From: an uncultured bacterium
GTDB lineage: Bacteria; Patescibacteriota; Minisyncoccia; UBA6257; 2-01-FULL-56-20
DNA length: 64,000 nucleotides
Assembly (NCBI GenBank): GCA_963718515.1
Contig: OY970354.1
Span: forward strand, 438,808-502,807
Direction of reading: 5' to 3'
In this document: positions 30,863-41,077 of the stretch, one piece after another
Numbering within the stretch: the stretch's first letter is position 1
How the letters are laid out: every line of letters begins with the position of its first letter
Translations under genes and position numbers: made by a program
The notes under the pieces: generated by a model
What the model was told of the DNA's origin: nothing
Database searches by the model: none
Seen by the model: the letters and a program-made list of their open reading frames with translations, nothing else

Positions 30863-30936
30863 GCCCCTATAGCTCAGCCCGGTAGAGCAGCTCCCTTTTA
30901 AGGAGATGGTCCCTGGTTCAAATCCAGGTGGGGGCA
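30863..30936 (+). tRNA. tRNA-Lys (anticodon UUU)
   Basis: Hand-folded cloverleaf. The acceptor is GCCCCTA/TGGGGGC, the D arm GCTC-AGCCCGGTA-GAGC, the anticodon loop CTTTTAA and the T arm CCTGG-TTCAAAT-CCAGG, with discriminator A. Length is 74 nt. Confidence 0.9.
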
Positions 30937-30994
30937 CGGCAAACCAAAAAGAATATCCCCCTCGCCTCGTGATGAGATAGCGTGGTAAAATAAA

Positions 30995-31423
30995 ATGGTT
31001 ATGGATGAGATCCCATTGCCGCAACAAGCACAGTCTGCATCTGCTACACAACCGCAACAGTTCGCGTCGGCACCTACATCGCCCGTGGCATTGATGTGCC
31101 CCCGTTGCCACTTCGTGGTGAAGCCGGAATATTATTATTGCCCGAACTGCGGGGCGAAGCTTACCGAAGCGCCACTTGCAACGGATTTTTTTAACCAGTT
31201 TTTGATCTATGCGTTCAGTGCGGTACTTCCGTGGATCGCGTATCTTGCAATCACGAAATGGCCGGGCATCAAGTATCTGCGCTCGCCGGATGAAAAGGCC
31301 AAGCAGGTCGGGTTGATCGCACTCATCATTCTCGTGATATCGAGCATCATCGCATTCTGGTTAACGTACATTTGGATCCAGGGATATATCCAGTCGTCGG
31401 TGAATGACGTCAACAGTTGGTAA
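30995..31423 (+). CDS. zinc-ribbon domain membrane protein
   Basis: 142 aa with CPRCHFVVKPEYYYCPNCGAKL followed by two TM helices. Confidence 0.6.
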   Translation: MVMDEIPLPQQAQSASATQPQQFASAPTSPVALMCPRCHFVVKPEYYYCPNCGAKLTEAPLATDFFNQFLIYAFSAVLPWIAYLAITKWPGIKYLRSPDEKAKQVGLIALIILVISSIIAFWLTYIWIQGYIQSSVNDVNSW

Positions 31424-31441
31424 GTTAATGGTGACGAACAT

Positions 31442-32062
31442 ATGAAGTGGGTCGTGGGTATCGATGAGGTGGGACGTGGTGCGCTCGCGGGACCAGTCGT
31501 GGTCGCCGCCGCGATGTTCCCATCTGGCGCCGTCGCGCGTCGCGCGCGATCACATGGATTAAAAGATTCTAAAAAACTGAGTCCGCCGCAACGGGAGGTT
31601 TGGGTCAATAGATTTATCACCGATCCAAAGGTGAGGTTCGCACTCGCACGGGTATATCCGCGGGGTATAGAAAAAATGAACATCTCCCGTGCCGCAAATC
31701 GTGCCGCGCTCAAGGCATTTTTACGATTGTCGAAAGCGAACAAATTACCATCCACAACACCCATCTATCTCGATGGTGGGTTATTTTTGGGAAACAAGGC
31801 TTGGCAAGCTGAGCGCCAAAGATCGGCAAAGACCCTTATAAAAGCCGATGAAAAGATCCCTGCGGTCGCCGCCGCATCAATCGTGGCAAAGGTTTCGCGG
31901 GACCGCTTTATGACCCGCCTCGCAAAAAAATATCCCGGATATGGCTTTGAGGCCCACAAGGGATATGGAACGGCCGCTCACTTCCGGTCAATACAAAAAG
32001 AGGGCGTCTGCGCCGCCCACCGATTGACTTTCCTAAGCAAACGACCTATTATAGACAGATAA
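31442..32062 (+). CDS. rnhB: ribonuclease HII
   Basis: 206 aa with VGIDEVGRGALAGPVVVAA, DSKKLS, AASIVAKVSRD and GYGT. Confidence 0.9.
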   Translation: MKWVVGIDEVGRGALAGPVVVAAAMFPSGAVARRARSHGLKDSKKLSPPQREVWVNRFITDPKVRFALARVYPRGIEKMNISRAANRAALKAFLRLSKANKLPSTTPIYLDGGLFLGNKAWQAERQRSAKTLIKADEKIPAVAAASIVAKVSRDRFMTRLAKKYPGYGFEAHKGYGTAAHFRSIQKEGVCAAHRLTFLSKRPIIDR

Positions 32063-32081
32063 ATTAACTTTTAATCATTTC

Positions 32082-32234
32082 ATGGGTGGCGTACCAGTAA
32101 AACATCATACCAAAGGCAAAACCGGCCGCAGGCGATCGCATCTTGCGATGAAAAAGCAGAAACTGCTGGTTTGCAAGAATTGCGGAGCGCCGCGGCTGCC
32201 GCATCGGACGTGCGCGCAGTGCGGAAAAATGTAG
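32082..32234 (+). CDS. rpmF: 50S ribosomal protein L32 (50 aa, below the ORF-track cutoff)
   Basis: Hand translation MGGVPVKHHTKGKTGRRRSHLAMKKQKLLVCKNCGAPRLPHRTCAQCGKM. It shows the basic N-terminus plus CxxC...CxxC typical of L32. The minus-strand ORF 32080-32298 is its shadow. Confidence 0.85.
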   Translation: MGGVPVKHHTKGKTGRRRSHLAMKKQKLLVCKNCGAPRLPHRTCAQCGKM

Positions 32235-32288
32235 TCGCATCATCAGTATGTATCAGTCGCTCTTTGCAAGAATCGCCCTTTTCTAACA

Positions 32289-32717
32289 ATGGCCACAAGG
32301 CATCTCATCAGAACCGTCGTTCTTCAATCACTTTACGAGTGGGATTTTTATCACCAAAAAAAGGACATCACGGAGATCCTCGAGCGTAACATGGCGGAGT
32401 TCGCGCCGGGTGTGGATGAGCCGGAATTCGGCTGGAAGATACTCCAGGGCGTTGCGGTTCACTTGCACGACATTGACGCGGTCATCCGGAAGGCCGCTCC
32501 CGAGTGGCCACTCGAAAAGATCGCGGTCATTGACCGAAATATTTTGCGCATCGGGTTGTACGAGTTGCTCTACGCCGATCCTAACGAGGTGCCGCCGAAA
32601 GTTGCCATCAACGAAGCGATCGAATTGGCAAAAAATTATGGCGGCCCGAACGCCGCACGCTTCGTGAATGGCGTCCTCGGCACGATCTATCGTGAGAAGG
32701 TTCCCGCAGCGCAGTAA
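32289..32717 (+). CDS. nusB: transcription antitermination factor NusB
   Basis: 142 aa with [17 protein letters not shown]...[15 protein letters not shown]...[17 protein letters not shown]. Confidence 0.9.
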   Translation: MATRHLIRTVVLQSLYEWDFYHQKKDITEILERNMAEFAPGVDEPEFGWKILQGVAVHLHDIDAVIRKAAPEWPLEKIAVIDRNILRIGLYELLYADPNEVPPKVAINEAIELAKNYGGPNAARFVNGVLGTIYREKVPAAQ

Positions 32718-32741
32718 GAGACCCTACTATACAATGGCATA

Positions 32742-33432
32742 ATGGCATCATCACCTGAAGAACTGGAAAAAAATATCGGGATACGGTTTAAGAACAAAGA
32801 TCTTCTGACGGAGGCGCTCACGCATCGGTCGTACCTCAACGAATATCCGCGCTGGCCCTTGCCGCATAACGAGCGATTGGAATATTTGGGCGATGCGGTG
32901 CTCGAACTCCTCGTTTCGGAAGAGCTTTTCAAACAATTTCCCACGCAACCAGAAGGACAACTTACGGTGTTTCGCGCCGCGTTGGTGAACTATCAGATTT
33001 TGGCGAAGGTGGCCGAGCGCATCGGCCTGCAAAAATTTATTCTCATGTCGCGCGGCGAAAAGAAGGATACCGGCAAGCGCCCGTGAGGTCATTTTGGCGA
33101 ATGCGATGGAGGCGTTGATCGGTGCGATCTATCTCGACCAGGGATTCGAAAAAATGCGCCCGTTTGTGCACGAGTTCGTGATGAGCAATCTCGACGAAGT
33201 GCTTAAGACGAAGAGCTATAAGGATGCAAAGAGCGAGTTGCAAGAAGCGGTTCAGGAGAACTTGAAGCTTACCCCGACGTACCAAACGCTGGGCGAGACC
33301 GGCCCGGCGCATAAGCGGATATTTACCATGGGGGTCTATTATGGCCCGAAGCTGATCGCGGAGGGCAGTGGCCCGTCCAAGCAGGAGGCGGAACTTGAGG
33401 CCGCAAAGAATGCGCTCAAAAAAAATAAGTAA
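32742..33432 (+). CDS. rnc: ribonuclease III, one frameshift at the CCC run 33080-33082
   Basis: It has the catalytic signature NERLEYLGDAVLEL. Removing one C restores GKRREVILANAMEALIGAIYLD. The dsRBD is at the C-terminus (GPAHKRIFTMGVYYGPKLIAEGSGPSKQEAELEAAKNAL). Confidence 0.9.
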
Positions 33433-33471
33433 GCGAGGCGATGCCATTCACTTACGAATATCATTACGACG

Positions 33472-35723
33472 ATGTCCCATTTTCTCAAACGCCTCGAACT
33501 GAACGGATTCAAATCTTTTGCAGGAAAGACGGTGTTGGAGTTTCCGGCGGGGATCGTGGCGGTCGTGGGGCCGAACGGTTCCGGCAAGTCGAACATCGTC
33601 GATGCCGTGCGATGGCTTCTCGGCGAGCGCGATGCGAAGAATCTTCGCGGCGCGCGCGTGGAAGATCTTATTTTTGCCGGCACGCAGAAGCGCGCGCGCG
33701 TCGGCATGGCGCAGGCGAGCCTTTATTTTGAGAACAAGAACAAGTTCTTTCCGGTGGATTTTGAAGAGGTCGTCGTCTCACGCCAGATCGACCGCGCGAG
33801 GGACAGAGCAAATATTATTTAAATAAATCGGAGATACTTGTTGCGCGACCTCATCGATTTTTTTGCCAAGGCGCGCCTGGGCAGTCGGGGACTCATCATC
33901 ATCGGTCAGGGGGACAGCGATCTTTTTATCCGCTCCACGCCGCTCGAGCGCCGCGAAATGATAGAGGAGATATTGGGCCTGCGCGAATATCAGATCAAAA
34001 AAGCCGACGCCGAGCGAAGATTAAAAAATAGTAATATAAACCTTGACAAGGTGACCGCGCTCATCGAAGAGATCGAGCCGCATTTGCGTTCGCTCAAGCG
34101 CCAGACCGGTCGCTGGGAGCGCCGCGGCGCATTGGAAGAGGAATTGCGTGGCTTGGAGGATCAGTTTTTTGGCTCACAGCTTGGCGAACTTCATAAAAAG
34201 AGCGCGGCCGTTGAGGCACAGGCTGCCGCAGCACGCAAAGCAATATGAGGTGTTGGAGAAAGAAAAGCGCGCCGCGCAAACGCGCCAGGCGGCGATTGAA
34301 GAGAGCCAGCCGGAAGAGCGCAAGCGTTTGGCAAAGATAAAAGAAGAAGTGACCGCGCTCATGGATGCGCGGAGCAAGATCCAAAAAGACGTGGGCCGCA
34401 TCGAGGCGCAGATAGAAATGGCGAAGCGTTCCGGCGGTTCGCGTGGTGCGGACACCTCATCCGAACATTTTATCGACGTCTTGCAAAAGATAAAGGCAGC
34501 ATTGGAAGATGTCTTGAACGAAGAGCCGATCGCAGTGCAGGCCGCGATCGAGACGGTGTTGGAAGAGATCACATTCGCGCTCGAAGAAAAGGACGAACCG
34601 CGCGCGGCGGCGGTGCCGGATGCCCTGCGCCGGGAGTTCGAGGAGGCGGCGAAGGATCTTGCGGCGCTTGAAAAGAGCATCACGTCACTTCGCCAAAAAG
34701 AAAAAGAGCTCGAGTCGAGCCAGGAAGATTTTTATACCACGTTCAAAGGCTCCGTCGCCGATGTTCAGCTCGCCCAGGGAAAGCTCGATGCGTGGGAAAA
34801 GATGAATCGCGAATTGTTGTTAGAAAAGGAACGCATTGATCTGCGGCGCGAGTGAGGTCCTGCGCCAAGTCGATCAGGCCGGCCGCAAGGCGGAGGAGTT
34901 TAGGGATGGCGCATCAAAAAACGGCGCATCCGCCACCATGAGCGGCGCCGGCGGAATCAGTTTCTCCGAAATGGAGCATCGGATATTTCGCCTGCGCGGC
35001 GACCTCGCGAGCATCGGCGAAGTGGATCACGCACTCATGAAAGAGGCCGAAGATACCGAGACGCGCCATCAATTTTTAATGAAAGAATCCGAGGACCTTA
35101 CGAAGGCGGTCGCCGACCTTACGGCGCTCATGCGTGAGCTGAATGAAAAGATAAAAACCGAATTTGATAAGTCACTTTCCAAGATAAATAGCGAATTCGA
35201 GAAATTTTTTGCGCTGATGTTCGACGGGGGATCGGCAAAATTAAAAGTCTTGAAACCGAAGGCCGAGCGCAGCGATGAAGAAAACGAAGATGGCGCCGAG
35301 GGCGATGAGGATGTAACGGGAAAAGACGGCGTGGAGCAGACCGAGGATGACATCCTACAGGAAAAGAACGGTGGCGTGGATATAGAAATCAAACTGCCGC
35401 GCAAGAAGACGACATCGCTCGATATGCTTTCCGGCGGCGAGCGCTCGCTCGTCGGCATCGCTGCGCTCTTTGCGATGGTGTCGGTCAGCCCGCCGCCGTT
35501 CCTTGTGCTTGACGAGATCGATGCGCCGCTCGACGAACGCAACGCCCGCCGCTTCGGCACGATGCTCAAAGACTTCTCCAAGCGCACGCAGTTCATCGTC
35601 GTCACGCACAACCGCGCCACGATGGAGGCCGCCGACATCCTCTACGGCGTCACGCTCGCGGAGGATGGGAGCTCAAAGGTGGTGTCGTTGAAGCTGGAGC
35701 CGGCTACTTCATCAAAAGAATAA
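33472..35723 (+). CDS. smc: SMC-family chromosome partition ATPase (short, ~750 aa), >=4 frameshifts
   Basis: The N-terminal head is LELNGFKSFAGKTVLEFPAGIVAVVGPNGSGKSNIVDAVRWLLGE. Coiled-coil fragments lie at 33838-34248, 34148-34855 and 34836-35723. The C-terminal head has LSGGERSLVGIAALFAM and the Walker B FLVLDEIDAPLD. Breaks lie near 33795-33840 (two), 34235 and 34845. Confidence 0.85.
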
Positions 35724-35729
35724 TTTTTG

Positions 35730-35790
35730 TGGTGGACCTGGGGAGAATCGTCTGCGATATATTTTGGCGCCTCAGCAATGCGAATGCCGC
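35730..35790 (-). other. partial tRNA-Ala duplicate (anticodon arm + 3' acceptor/T-arm half ending in CCA), not foldable as a tRNA
   Basis: Minus-strand GCGGCATTCGCATTGCTGAGGCG (23 nt) is identical to the tRNA-Ala anticodon arm. CGATTCTCCCCaGGTCCACCA matches the tRNA 3' end with one change. The 5' T-stem strand is replaced by 17 nt of unrelated sequence, and there is no D arm or 5' acceptor. Confidence 0.7.
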
Positions 35791-35816
35791 CAAGTTCTTG
35801 AGCGTGTTCACATTAG

Positions 35817-35889
35817 GGTGGACCCGGGGAGAATCGGACTCCCGCCTCAGCAATGCGAATGCCGCGTTATACCACTTAACTACGGGCCC
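35817..35889 (-). tRNA. tRNA-Ala (anticodon CGC)
   Basis: Hand-folded. The acceptor GGGCCCG/CGGGTCC carries the G3:U70 alanine identity pair. The D arm is GTTA-AGTGGTA-TAAC, the anticodon arm CGGCA-TTCGCAT-TGCTG and the T arm GGGAG-TCCGATT-CTCCC, with discriminator A. Confidence 0.85.
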
Positions 35890-36009
35890 CTTTGCTCAAT
35901 GATTATAAGGAAACCCGCCGCAATTTCAAGGGTCGCTGTGCCATTTGCTATAATAATAGTATTGAATAAAAGGTCGATGGGAAGAGCTATATAACATTTA
36001 TCAAATACT

Positions 36010-36693
36010 ATGGTTGTACAAAGTTGGACAGATGTGGTGGTAGGGTCGCTCCAGAACCTTTGGTGGGGAGTTGTCAATTACCTGCCAAACCTCATCGGGG
36101 CGTTCGTCGTATTGGTTATCGGTCTCATTGTGGCTGCGGGGTTGGGTGCGCTTGTGGAAAAGATTTTAGAGGGCATCCGCCTTGATACGCTCCTTGAAAA
36201 GATCGGATTGAAACCGATCTTTGAGCGCGCCGGACTCAAGCTTCGTGCGGCGTATTTTTTTGGCAAGCTCGTGTATTGGTTCGTCGTGATCGCGTTTCTG
36301 CTTGCGGTCTCGGATAGCTTGCAGTTGTATGCGTTGTCGGAATTCCTGACATCGATCCTCAACTACTTGCCGAGCGTGATCGCCGCCGTGCTCATCATGC
36401 TTGCCGCGCTCGTGCTTGCGCATTTCTTGCGCCGCGTCGTCACGGCATCGGTGATGAGCGCAAAACTCCACTCGGGGCCGTTCCTTGGGACCGCCACCTG
36501 GTGGGCGATTGTTGTCTTCGGATTTTTGACCGCGCTCACGCAGTTGAACATCGCGTCGACGATCATCCAGACGCTTGTGACCGGATTCATCGCCATGCTT
36601 GCGCTCGCCGGCGGCTTGGCCTTCGGCCTCGGCGGCAAGGACTATGCAAACCACTTGCTGAACAAACTGAAGGATAGGACGGAGAATCGGTAA
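36010..36693 (+). CDS. membrane protein with conserved TM-helix repeats (MscS-related small-conductance channel-like)
   Basis: 227 aa with two similar halves (YLPNLIGAFVVLVIGLIVA... / YLPSVIAAVLIMLAALVLA...). Confidence 0.6.
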   Translation: MVVQSWTDVVVGSLQNLWWGVVNYLPNLIGAFVVLVIGLIVAAGLGALVEKILEGIRLDTLLEKIGLKPIFERAGLKLRAAYFFGKLVYWFVVIAFLLAVSDSLQLYALSEFLTSILNYLPSVIAAVLIMLAALVLAHFLRRVVTASVMSAKLHSGPFLGTATWWAIVVFGFLTALTQLNIASTIIQTLVTGFIAMLALAGGLAFGLGGKDYANHLLNKLKDRTENR

Positions 36694-36721
36694 GCGATAG
36701 GCGTTTTATCGGTGAATTAAA

Positions 36722-36746
36722 AGCCCGCTATTCGTGCGGGTTTTTA
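36722..36746 (+). terminator. rho-independent terminator
   Basis: AGCCCGC-tattcgt-GCGGGT followed by TTTTT. Confidence 0.7.
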
Positions 36747-36765
36747 ATTGATATCGAATATTCGC

Positions 36766-36793
36766 TTGACCTTTCCCCGTCATTTAGTATAAT
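36766..36793 (+). promoter_or_regulatory. rpsP promoter (TTGACC-16-TATAAT), leaderless configuration
   Basis: TTGACC at 36766-36771 and TATAAT at 36788-36793. The rpsP ATG at 36801 is 7 nt downstream. Confidence 0.6.
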
Positions 36794-36800
36794 GAACCCC

Positions 36801-37172
36801 ATGTTGGCTATTAAGTTACAACGCGTAGGGAAGAAGCATCAGCCGAGCTATCGGTTGGTTATCGCTGAAAAGCGCTCAAAGATGGCGGCTCCGCCGGTGG
36901 AGGATTTGGGTTCATACAGTCCGTTCACTAAGGTTGCAAGCTTCAAGAAGGAGCGTATTTCCCATTGGATAAAGATGGGCGCCCAGCCGACCACGACCGC
37001 GCATAACCTTTTGGTGGGACAGGGGATCATCACCGCCGCGACGCGCGCGATAAAGATGCCGAAGGCGGTTGCGAAACCCGCCGTTGAAGCGCCTGCGGCC
37101 ACCACCGCGGCCGCCGCGCCAGTTGCGGAAGAGCCGGCCACCCCTACGACAGAAGCCGAAATCGTACTTTAA
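36801..37172 (+). CDS. rpsP: 30S ribosomal protein S16 with Ala/Pro-rich C-terminal extension
   Basis: MLAIKLQRVGKKHQPSYRLVIAEKRSK...LGSYSPF...ISHWIKMGAQPT. The start was chosen at 36801 because the upstream ATG at 36792 lies inside the -10 box. Confidence 0.9.
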   Translation: MLAIKLQRVGKKHQPSYRLVIAEKRSKMAAPPVEDLGSYSPFTKVASFKKERISHWIKMGAQPTTTAHNLLVGQGIITAATRAIKMPKAVAKPAVEAPAATTAAAAPVAEEPATPTTEAEIVL

Positions 37173-37234
37173 TTGATTAGCGATAGAAAGGTCGGCGGTT
37201 CGGATCACCGAACGAAAGAACACACAGAACATCA

Positions 37235-37552
37235 ATGACGAATTCATCTTCAGCAGATCAGGAATTTCTCGAATATCTCGTTAAGTCGCTGGTGGACCAT
37301 CCGGATGACGTGAAGGTCGACCGCAAGGTCGACGAAATGGGCGTCTTGCTCTCTCTCCATGTGAACGCCCAGGATATGGGTCAGGTCGTCGGCCGCCAAG
37401 GCGCGACCGCGAAGGCTATCCGCTCGCTTTTAAGGATTGTTGGCATCAAGAACAATGCCCGCGTGAACCTCAAGATCGAAGAGCCGGAAGGCAGCACGCG
37501 CGTCCCGCGCGGCGAGCATCCACAGATGCCGGAAGAGCACGCTGAGAATTAA
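37235..37552 (+). CDS. KH-domain RNA-binding protein (UPF0109 family)
   Basis: 105 aa with LEYLVKSLVDHPDDVKV...MGQVVGRQGATAKAIRSLLRIVG. It occupies the conserved position after rpsP. Confidence 0.85.
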   Translation: MTNSSSADQEFLEYLVKSLVDHPDDVKVDRKVDEMGVLLSLHVNAQDMGQVVGRQGATAKAIRSLLRIVGIKNNARVNLKIEEPEGSTRVPRGEHPQMPEEHAEN

Positions 37553-37616
37553 TTTCGAGTTTTGATAAAAAACCGCACTTGCAAAAGCGCGGTTTTTTGT
37601 TACAATAATATCCGAA

Positions 37617-38180
37617 ATGGCTTTAGCATACACCGATTTAACCAAGGGAGTTTTATTCATCATGGACGGCTCGCCGTATGAGGTTTTGGAGACCCACTTT
37701 TTGCGCATGCAACAGCGCAAGGCGGTCGTCCAGACCCGCATCCGCAACCTCATCACGGGCAAACTTTTGGATCGCAACTTCCAGGCAAGCGATTCGTTTG
37801 AAGAGGCGGAGATCGAGCGCAAGCATGCGATGTTCATTTATGAGAGCAAAGGGCAGTACTGGTTCCACGAGGACGGCAACCCGAAGGCGCGGTTTGCGCT
37901 CGAGGCCGACGTGGCTGGCGAGCAGGCGCAATTCCTAAAGCCGAATACGCGCGTGCAGACGATGGTGTTCAAGGATAACGTGATCAAGATCGAGATCCCG
38001 GTCAAGATGGATTTCAAAGTGATCGAAGCGCCGCCGTCGCTCAAGGGCAACACCGCGCAGGGCGGCAATAAAGTGGTGACGATCGAAGGAGGCGCAAAGG
38101 TCTCCGCCCCGCTCTTCATCAACGAAGGCGATACGATCCGCGTGAACACGCAAACGGGGGATTACGTGGAGCGGGTGTAG
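37617..38180 (+). CDS. efp: translation elongation factor P
   Basis: 187 aa with DLTKGVLFIMDGSPYEVLETHFLRMQQRKAVVQTRIRNLITGK and three OB/KOW-like domains. Confidence 0.95.
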   Translation: MALAYTDLTKGVLFIMDGSPYEVLETHFLRMQQRKAVVQTRIRNLITGKLLDRNFQASDSFEEAEIERKHAMFIYESKGQYWFHEDGNPKARFALEADVAGEQAQFLKPNTRVQTMVFKDNVIKIEIPVKMDFKVIEAPPSLKGNTAQGGNKVVTIEGGAKVSAPLFINEGDTIRVNTQTGDYVERV

Positions 38181-38192
38181 GACTCTTTTTAT

Positions 38193-39293
38193 ATGATGAA
38201 GAAAACGGTGTTCGTCGGCATGTCGGGCGGGGTGGATAGCTCCGTCGCGGCTCTATTATTGAAGGAACAGGGCTATGATGTCGTGGGCGTTTTTATGCGT
38301 TGTTATAACATCGACGGCTGTGCGGAAGCCGACGCCGAGGACGCGCGCCGCGTGGCGGAGCATATTGGCATACCTTTCTACGTCTGGGATTTTGAGACTG
38401 CGTACAAAGATCGCGTGGTGCAGTATATGATAGAGGGCTATCGCGCCGGGATCACGCCAAACCCGGACGTGATGTGCAACCGCGAGATCAAGTTCGGATT
38501 GTTCTTGGAGAAAGCACTCGCGAGCGGCGCGGACTATGTGGCAACGGGACATTATGTAAAGCTTCTGCAGGTTCCGCATGGGAAAAATAAAACGCCAACC
38601 TTTGCGCTTTTCGCGGCGAATGATCCGAATAAAGACCAATCTTATTTCTTATGGACGCTCGGCCAAAAACAACTCGCGCATTGCCTTTTTCCGATCGGTG
38701 AATATGAAAAGCCGGCGGTGCGTGAGATCGCCCGCCGCGCGGGATTGCCGACCGCAGAAAAGAAAGATTCCCAGGGCATCTGTTTTTTGGGAAAATTCTC
38801 GCTTGATGATTTTCTCAAGCAATATATTCCGGAGAAGCGCGGGGCACTCGTGACGACGACAGGCGAGCATATCGGCGAACATTCCGGCGCGGAATTTTAT
38901 ACGATAGGCCAGCGGCACATCGATGCCGATTTTGCATTCCCAAAGACCGGTGGCGTGAATGAGCGCAAGCCGCTCTACGTGGCCTCAAAAGACGCGGCAA
39001 CTAATACGGTGGTGGTTGCAGAGGGAAAAGAAAATAGCGCCCTCTATCGGAGTGAAGTAGAATTGAATCAGGTAAATTTTATTAAGGGAAATGGCATGGA
39101 AAACAATCATCCGACAGCCGTCCGCGCACGCGTTCGCTACCGTCAGCCGCTTTCGGAAGCCATTCTTTCAAAGCTCGAAAACGGGAATTATAAGTTGACC
39201 TTTTCCGCGCCCCAAAAATTTGTGGCTGAAGGGCAGTCAGTGGTATTTTATAGTGCTGAAGGAGAGATGCTCGGTGGAGGCGTCATACATTAA
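38193..39293 (+). CDS. mnmA: tRNA 2-thiouridine(34) synthase MnmA
   Basis: 366 aa with the PP-loop VGMSGGVDSSVAA, NPDVMCNREIKF, ATGHY, and DQSYFL. Confidence 0.95.
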   Translation: MMKKTVFVGMSGGVDSSVAALLLKEQGYDVVGVFMRCYNIDGCAEADAEDARRVAEHIGIPFYVWDFETAYKDRVVQYMIEGYRAGITPNPDVMCNREIKFGLFLEKALASGADYVATGHYVKLLQVPHGKNKTPTFALFAANDPNKDQSYFLWTLGQKQLAHCLFPIGEYEKPAVREIARRAGLPTAEKKDSQGICFLGKFSLDDFLKQYIPEKRGALVTTTGEHIGEHSGAEFYTIGQRHIDADFAFPKTGGVNERKPLYVASKDAATNTVVVAEGKENSALYRSEVELNQVNFIKGNGMENNHPTAVRARVRYRQPLSEAILSKLENGNYKLTFSAPQKFVAEGQSVVFYSAEGEMLGGGVIH

Positions 39294-39384
39294 ATTTTCA
39301 TTAAATTTTTTTTGACTTGGCAGTGCGGTGCACGCATACTGTATCCACGAAAGGTCGTTTTAATTAAATTTAATAAAAATCTCT

Positions 39385-39558
39385 ATGAGAAAATGTGATC
39401 TGTGTGGAAAAGAGCTCGCTTGGAATCACTATATAAAGATTGAATGGCTCGGCATGCTTTCCCAGTATCGATTTTGCGATGATTGTGCCGCTCCTTTGGT
39501 AGCATTTTTGCGGGGAAATCAACTCATCAGCAAAGAGAGGAAGTTAATACATTTTTAA
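39385..39558 (+). CDS. small Cys-containing hypothetical protein (57 aa)
   Basis: Hand-translated MRKCDLCGKELAWNHYIKIEWLGMLSQYRFCDDCAAPLVAFLRGNQLISKERKLIHF, with a CxxC...CxxC pattern. It lies in an AT-rich interval. Confidence 0.35.
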   Translation: MRKCDLCGKELAWNHYIKIEWLGMLSQYRFCDDCAAPLVAFLRGNQLISKERKLIHF

Positions 39559-39581
39559 TCTGCAGTAGCTATGATTGTTCC

Positions 39582-39773
39582 ATGGAACAATCAGAAAAAG
39601 AAAAATTACTTGAAGAGATGCGGGCCGTTGTTCGCGAGGAGATCTCTCCTGTGCTGGATATACTTATGGCATATCTGGACGTGCAATTCGATATCTTGGA
39701 TGAAAGATTCCAGCGCCTCTTTAGCGGTATTGCCGAGGTGCTGAGTACGCTTGCGGAGATCCTCGAGCGGTGA
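39582..39773 (+). CDS. small helical hypothetical protein (63 aa)
   Basis: MEQSEKEKLLEEMRAVVREEISPVLDILMAYLDVQFDILDERFQRLF... TATGAT at 39570-39575 lies 6 nt upstream of the ATG. Confidence 0.4.
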   Translation: MEQSEKEKLLEEMRAVVREEISPVLDILMAYLDVQFDILDERFQRLFSGIAEVLSTLAEILER

Positions 39774-39821
39774 TATTAAGCCAATTGATTCACGTGGCGG
39801 CGAGTGTTAAAATTGCCCTAT

Positions 39822-41053
39822 ATGCGCCAATCTCAATTATTCACCAAGACCGAGCGGAATGCGCCCAAGGACGAGACGACCATAAACGCCCAGCTTTTGG
39901 CGCGGGCAGGATTCGTGTCAAAACTGATGGCGGGGGTGTATAGCTATCTGCCGCTTGGCTTGCGGACGCTCAATAACATAGAGAACATCGTCCGCGAGGA
40001 AATGAATGCCGTCGGTGGCCAGGAGGTTTCTATGCCGATGATCCACCCGAAAAATATCTGGGCGACGACCGGCGGATGGGATAAGATCGATGTGCTTTTT
40101 AAACTGGAGAGCCGCACGGAAAAAGAGTATGCGCTGGGGCAGAGCGAAGAAGAAGTGGTGACGCCGCTTGTCATGCGTTACGTGAATAATTACAAAGATC
40201 TTCCGAAGGCGGTGTATCAGATCAACTGGAAGTTCCGTGACGAGCTTGCGCTCGAAGTCAGGATTGCTTCGCGGCGTGGAGTTCCTAATGAAGGATATGT
40301 ATAGCTTCCACGAGACCCAGGAGGACTTCGACCGCTTCTATGCCGAGGTAAAACGGGCCTATTTGAAGATCTATAGCCGGCTGGGCCTTATGGCGAAGGT
40401 CACCGAAGCCTCCGGCGGCGCCTTCACGGAAAAGATATCATACGAGTTCATGGTGTTGACCGACGCCGGAGAGGATGACATTTTATATTGCGATGCGTGC
40501 GAGTTTTGCGTGAACGTTGAGATCGCAAAAGAAAAAGAAGGGGATGAATGCATGCGGTGCGGAAAGGGCACACTTGCGAAAGCAAAAGCGTCGGAGGTGG
40601 GCAACGTGTTCGACCTCGGCCAAAAATTCGTAAAAGATTTTGATGTGACATACACGGACAAGGATGGCAAGAAGCAATATCCGATTATGGGGTGCTACGG
40701 CATCGGCATCTCGCGCCTGATGGGCGTGATCGTAGAGAAATATAACGATGAAAAAGGTATCATTTGGCCGGAGGCGGTCGCGCCGTTCAACGTCCATCTT
40801 TTAAGCCTTGGTGGCGCGGATGGCACGCAACGCATACGAATCTTTACAAAAGGCGGGGCTCACAGTACTCTATGACGATAGGGAAATGTCTGCCGGAGAA
40901 AAGTTTGCCGACGCGGATTTGATAGGCATTCCCTGGCGGATCATCGTAAGCGCCAAGCTGGGCGACGGTCAGGTAGAGATCAAAAAGCGAACCGAAACAG
41001 ACTCTCGAACTATAGATTTCAAGGAAGCGCTGGCATTCATTAAAAAACAATAA
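39822..41053 (+). CDS. proS: proline--tRNA ligase (short form without INS editing domain), two frameshifts (~40245, ~40830)
   Basis: MRQSQLFTKTERNAPKDETTINAQLLARAGF... then FRDE / LRSKSGLLRGVEFLMKDMYSFH (motif 2), GCYGIGISRLMG (motif 3), and the anticodon-binding tail ...DLIGIPWRIIVS. Confidence 0.9.
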
Positions 41054-41077
41054 AATTTTTACGCAACGGAACATATT

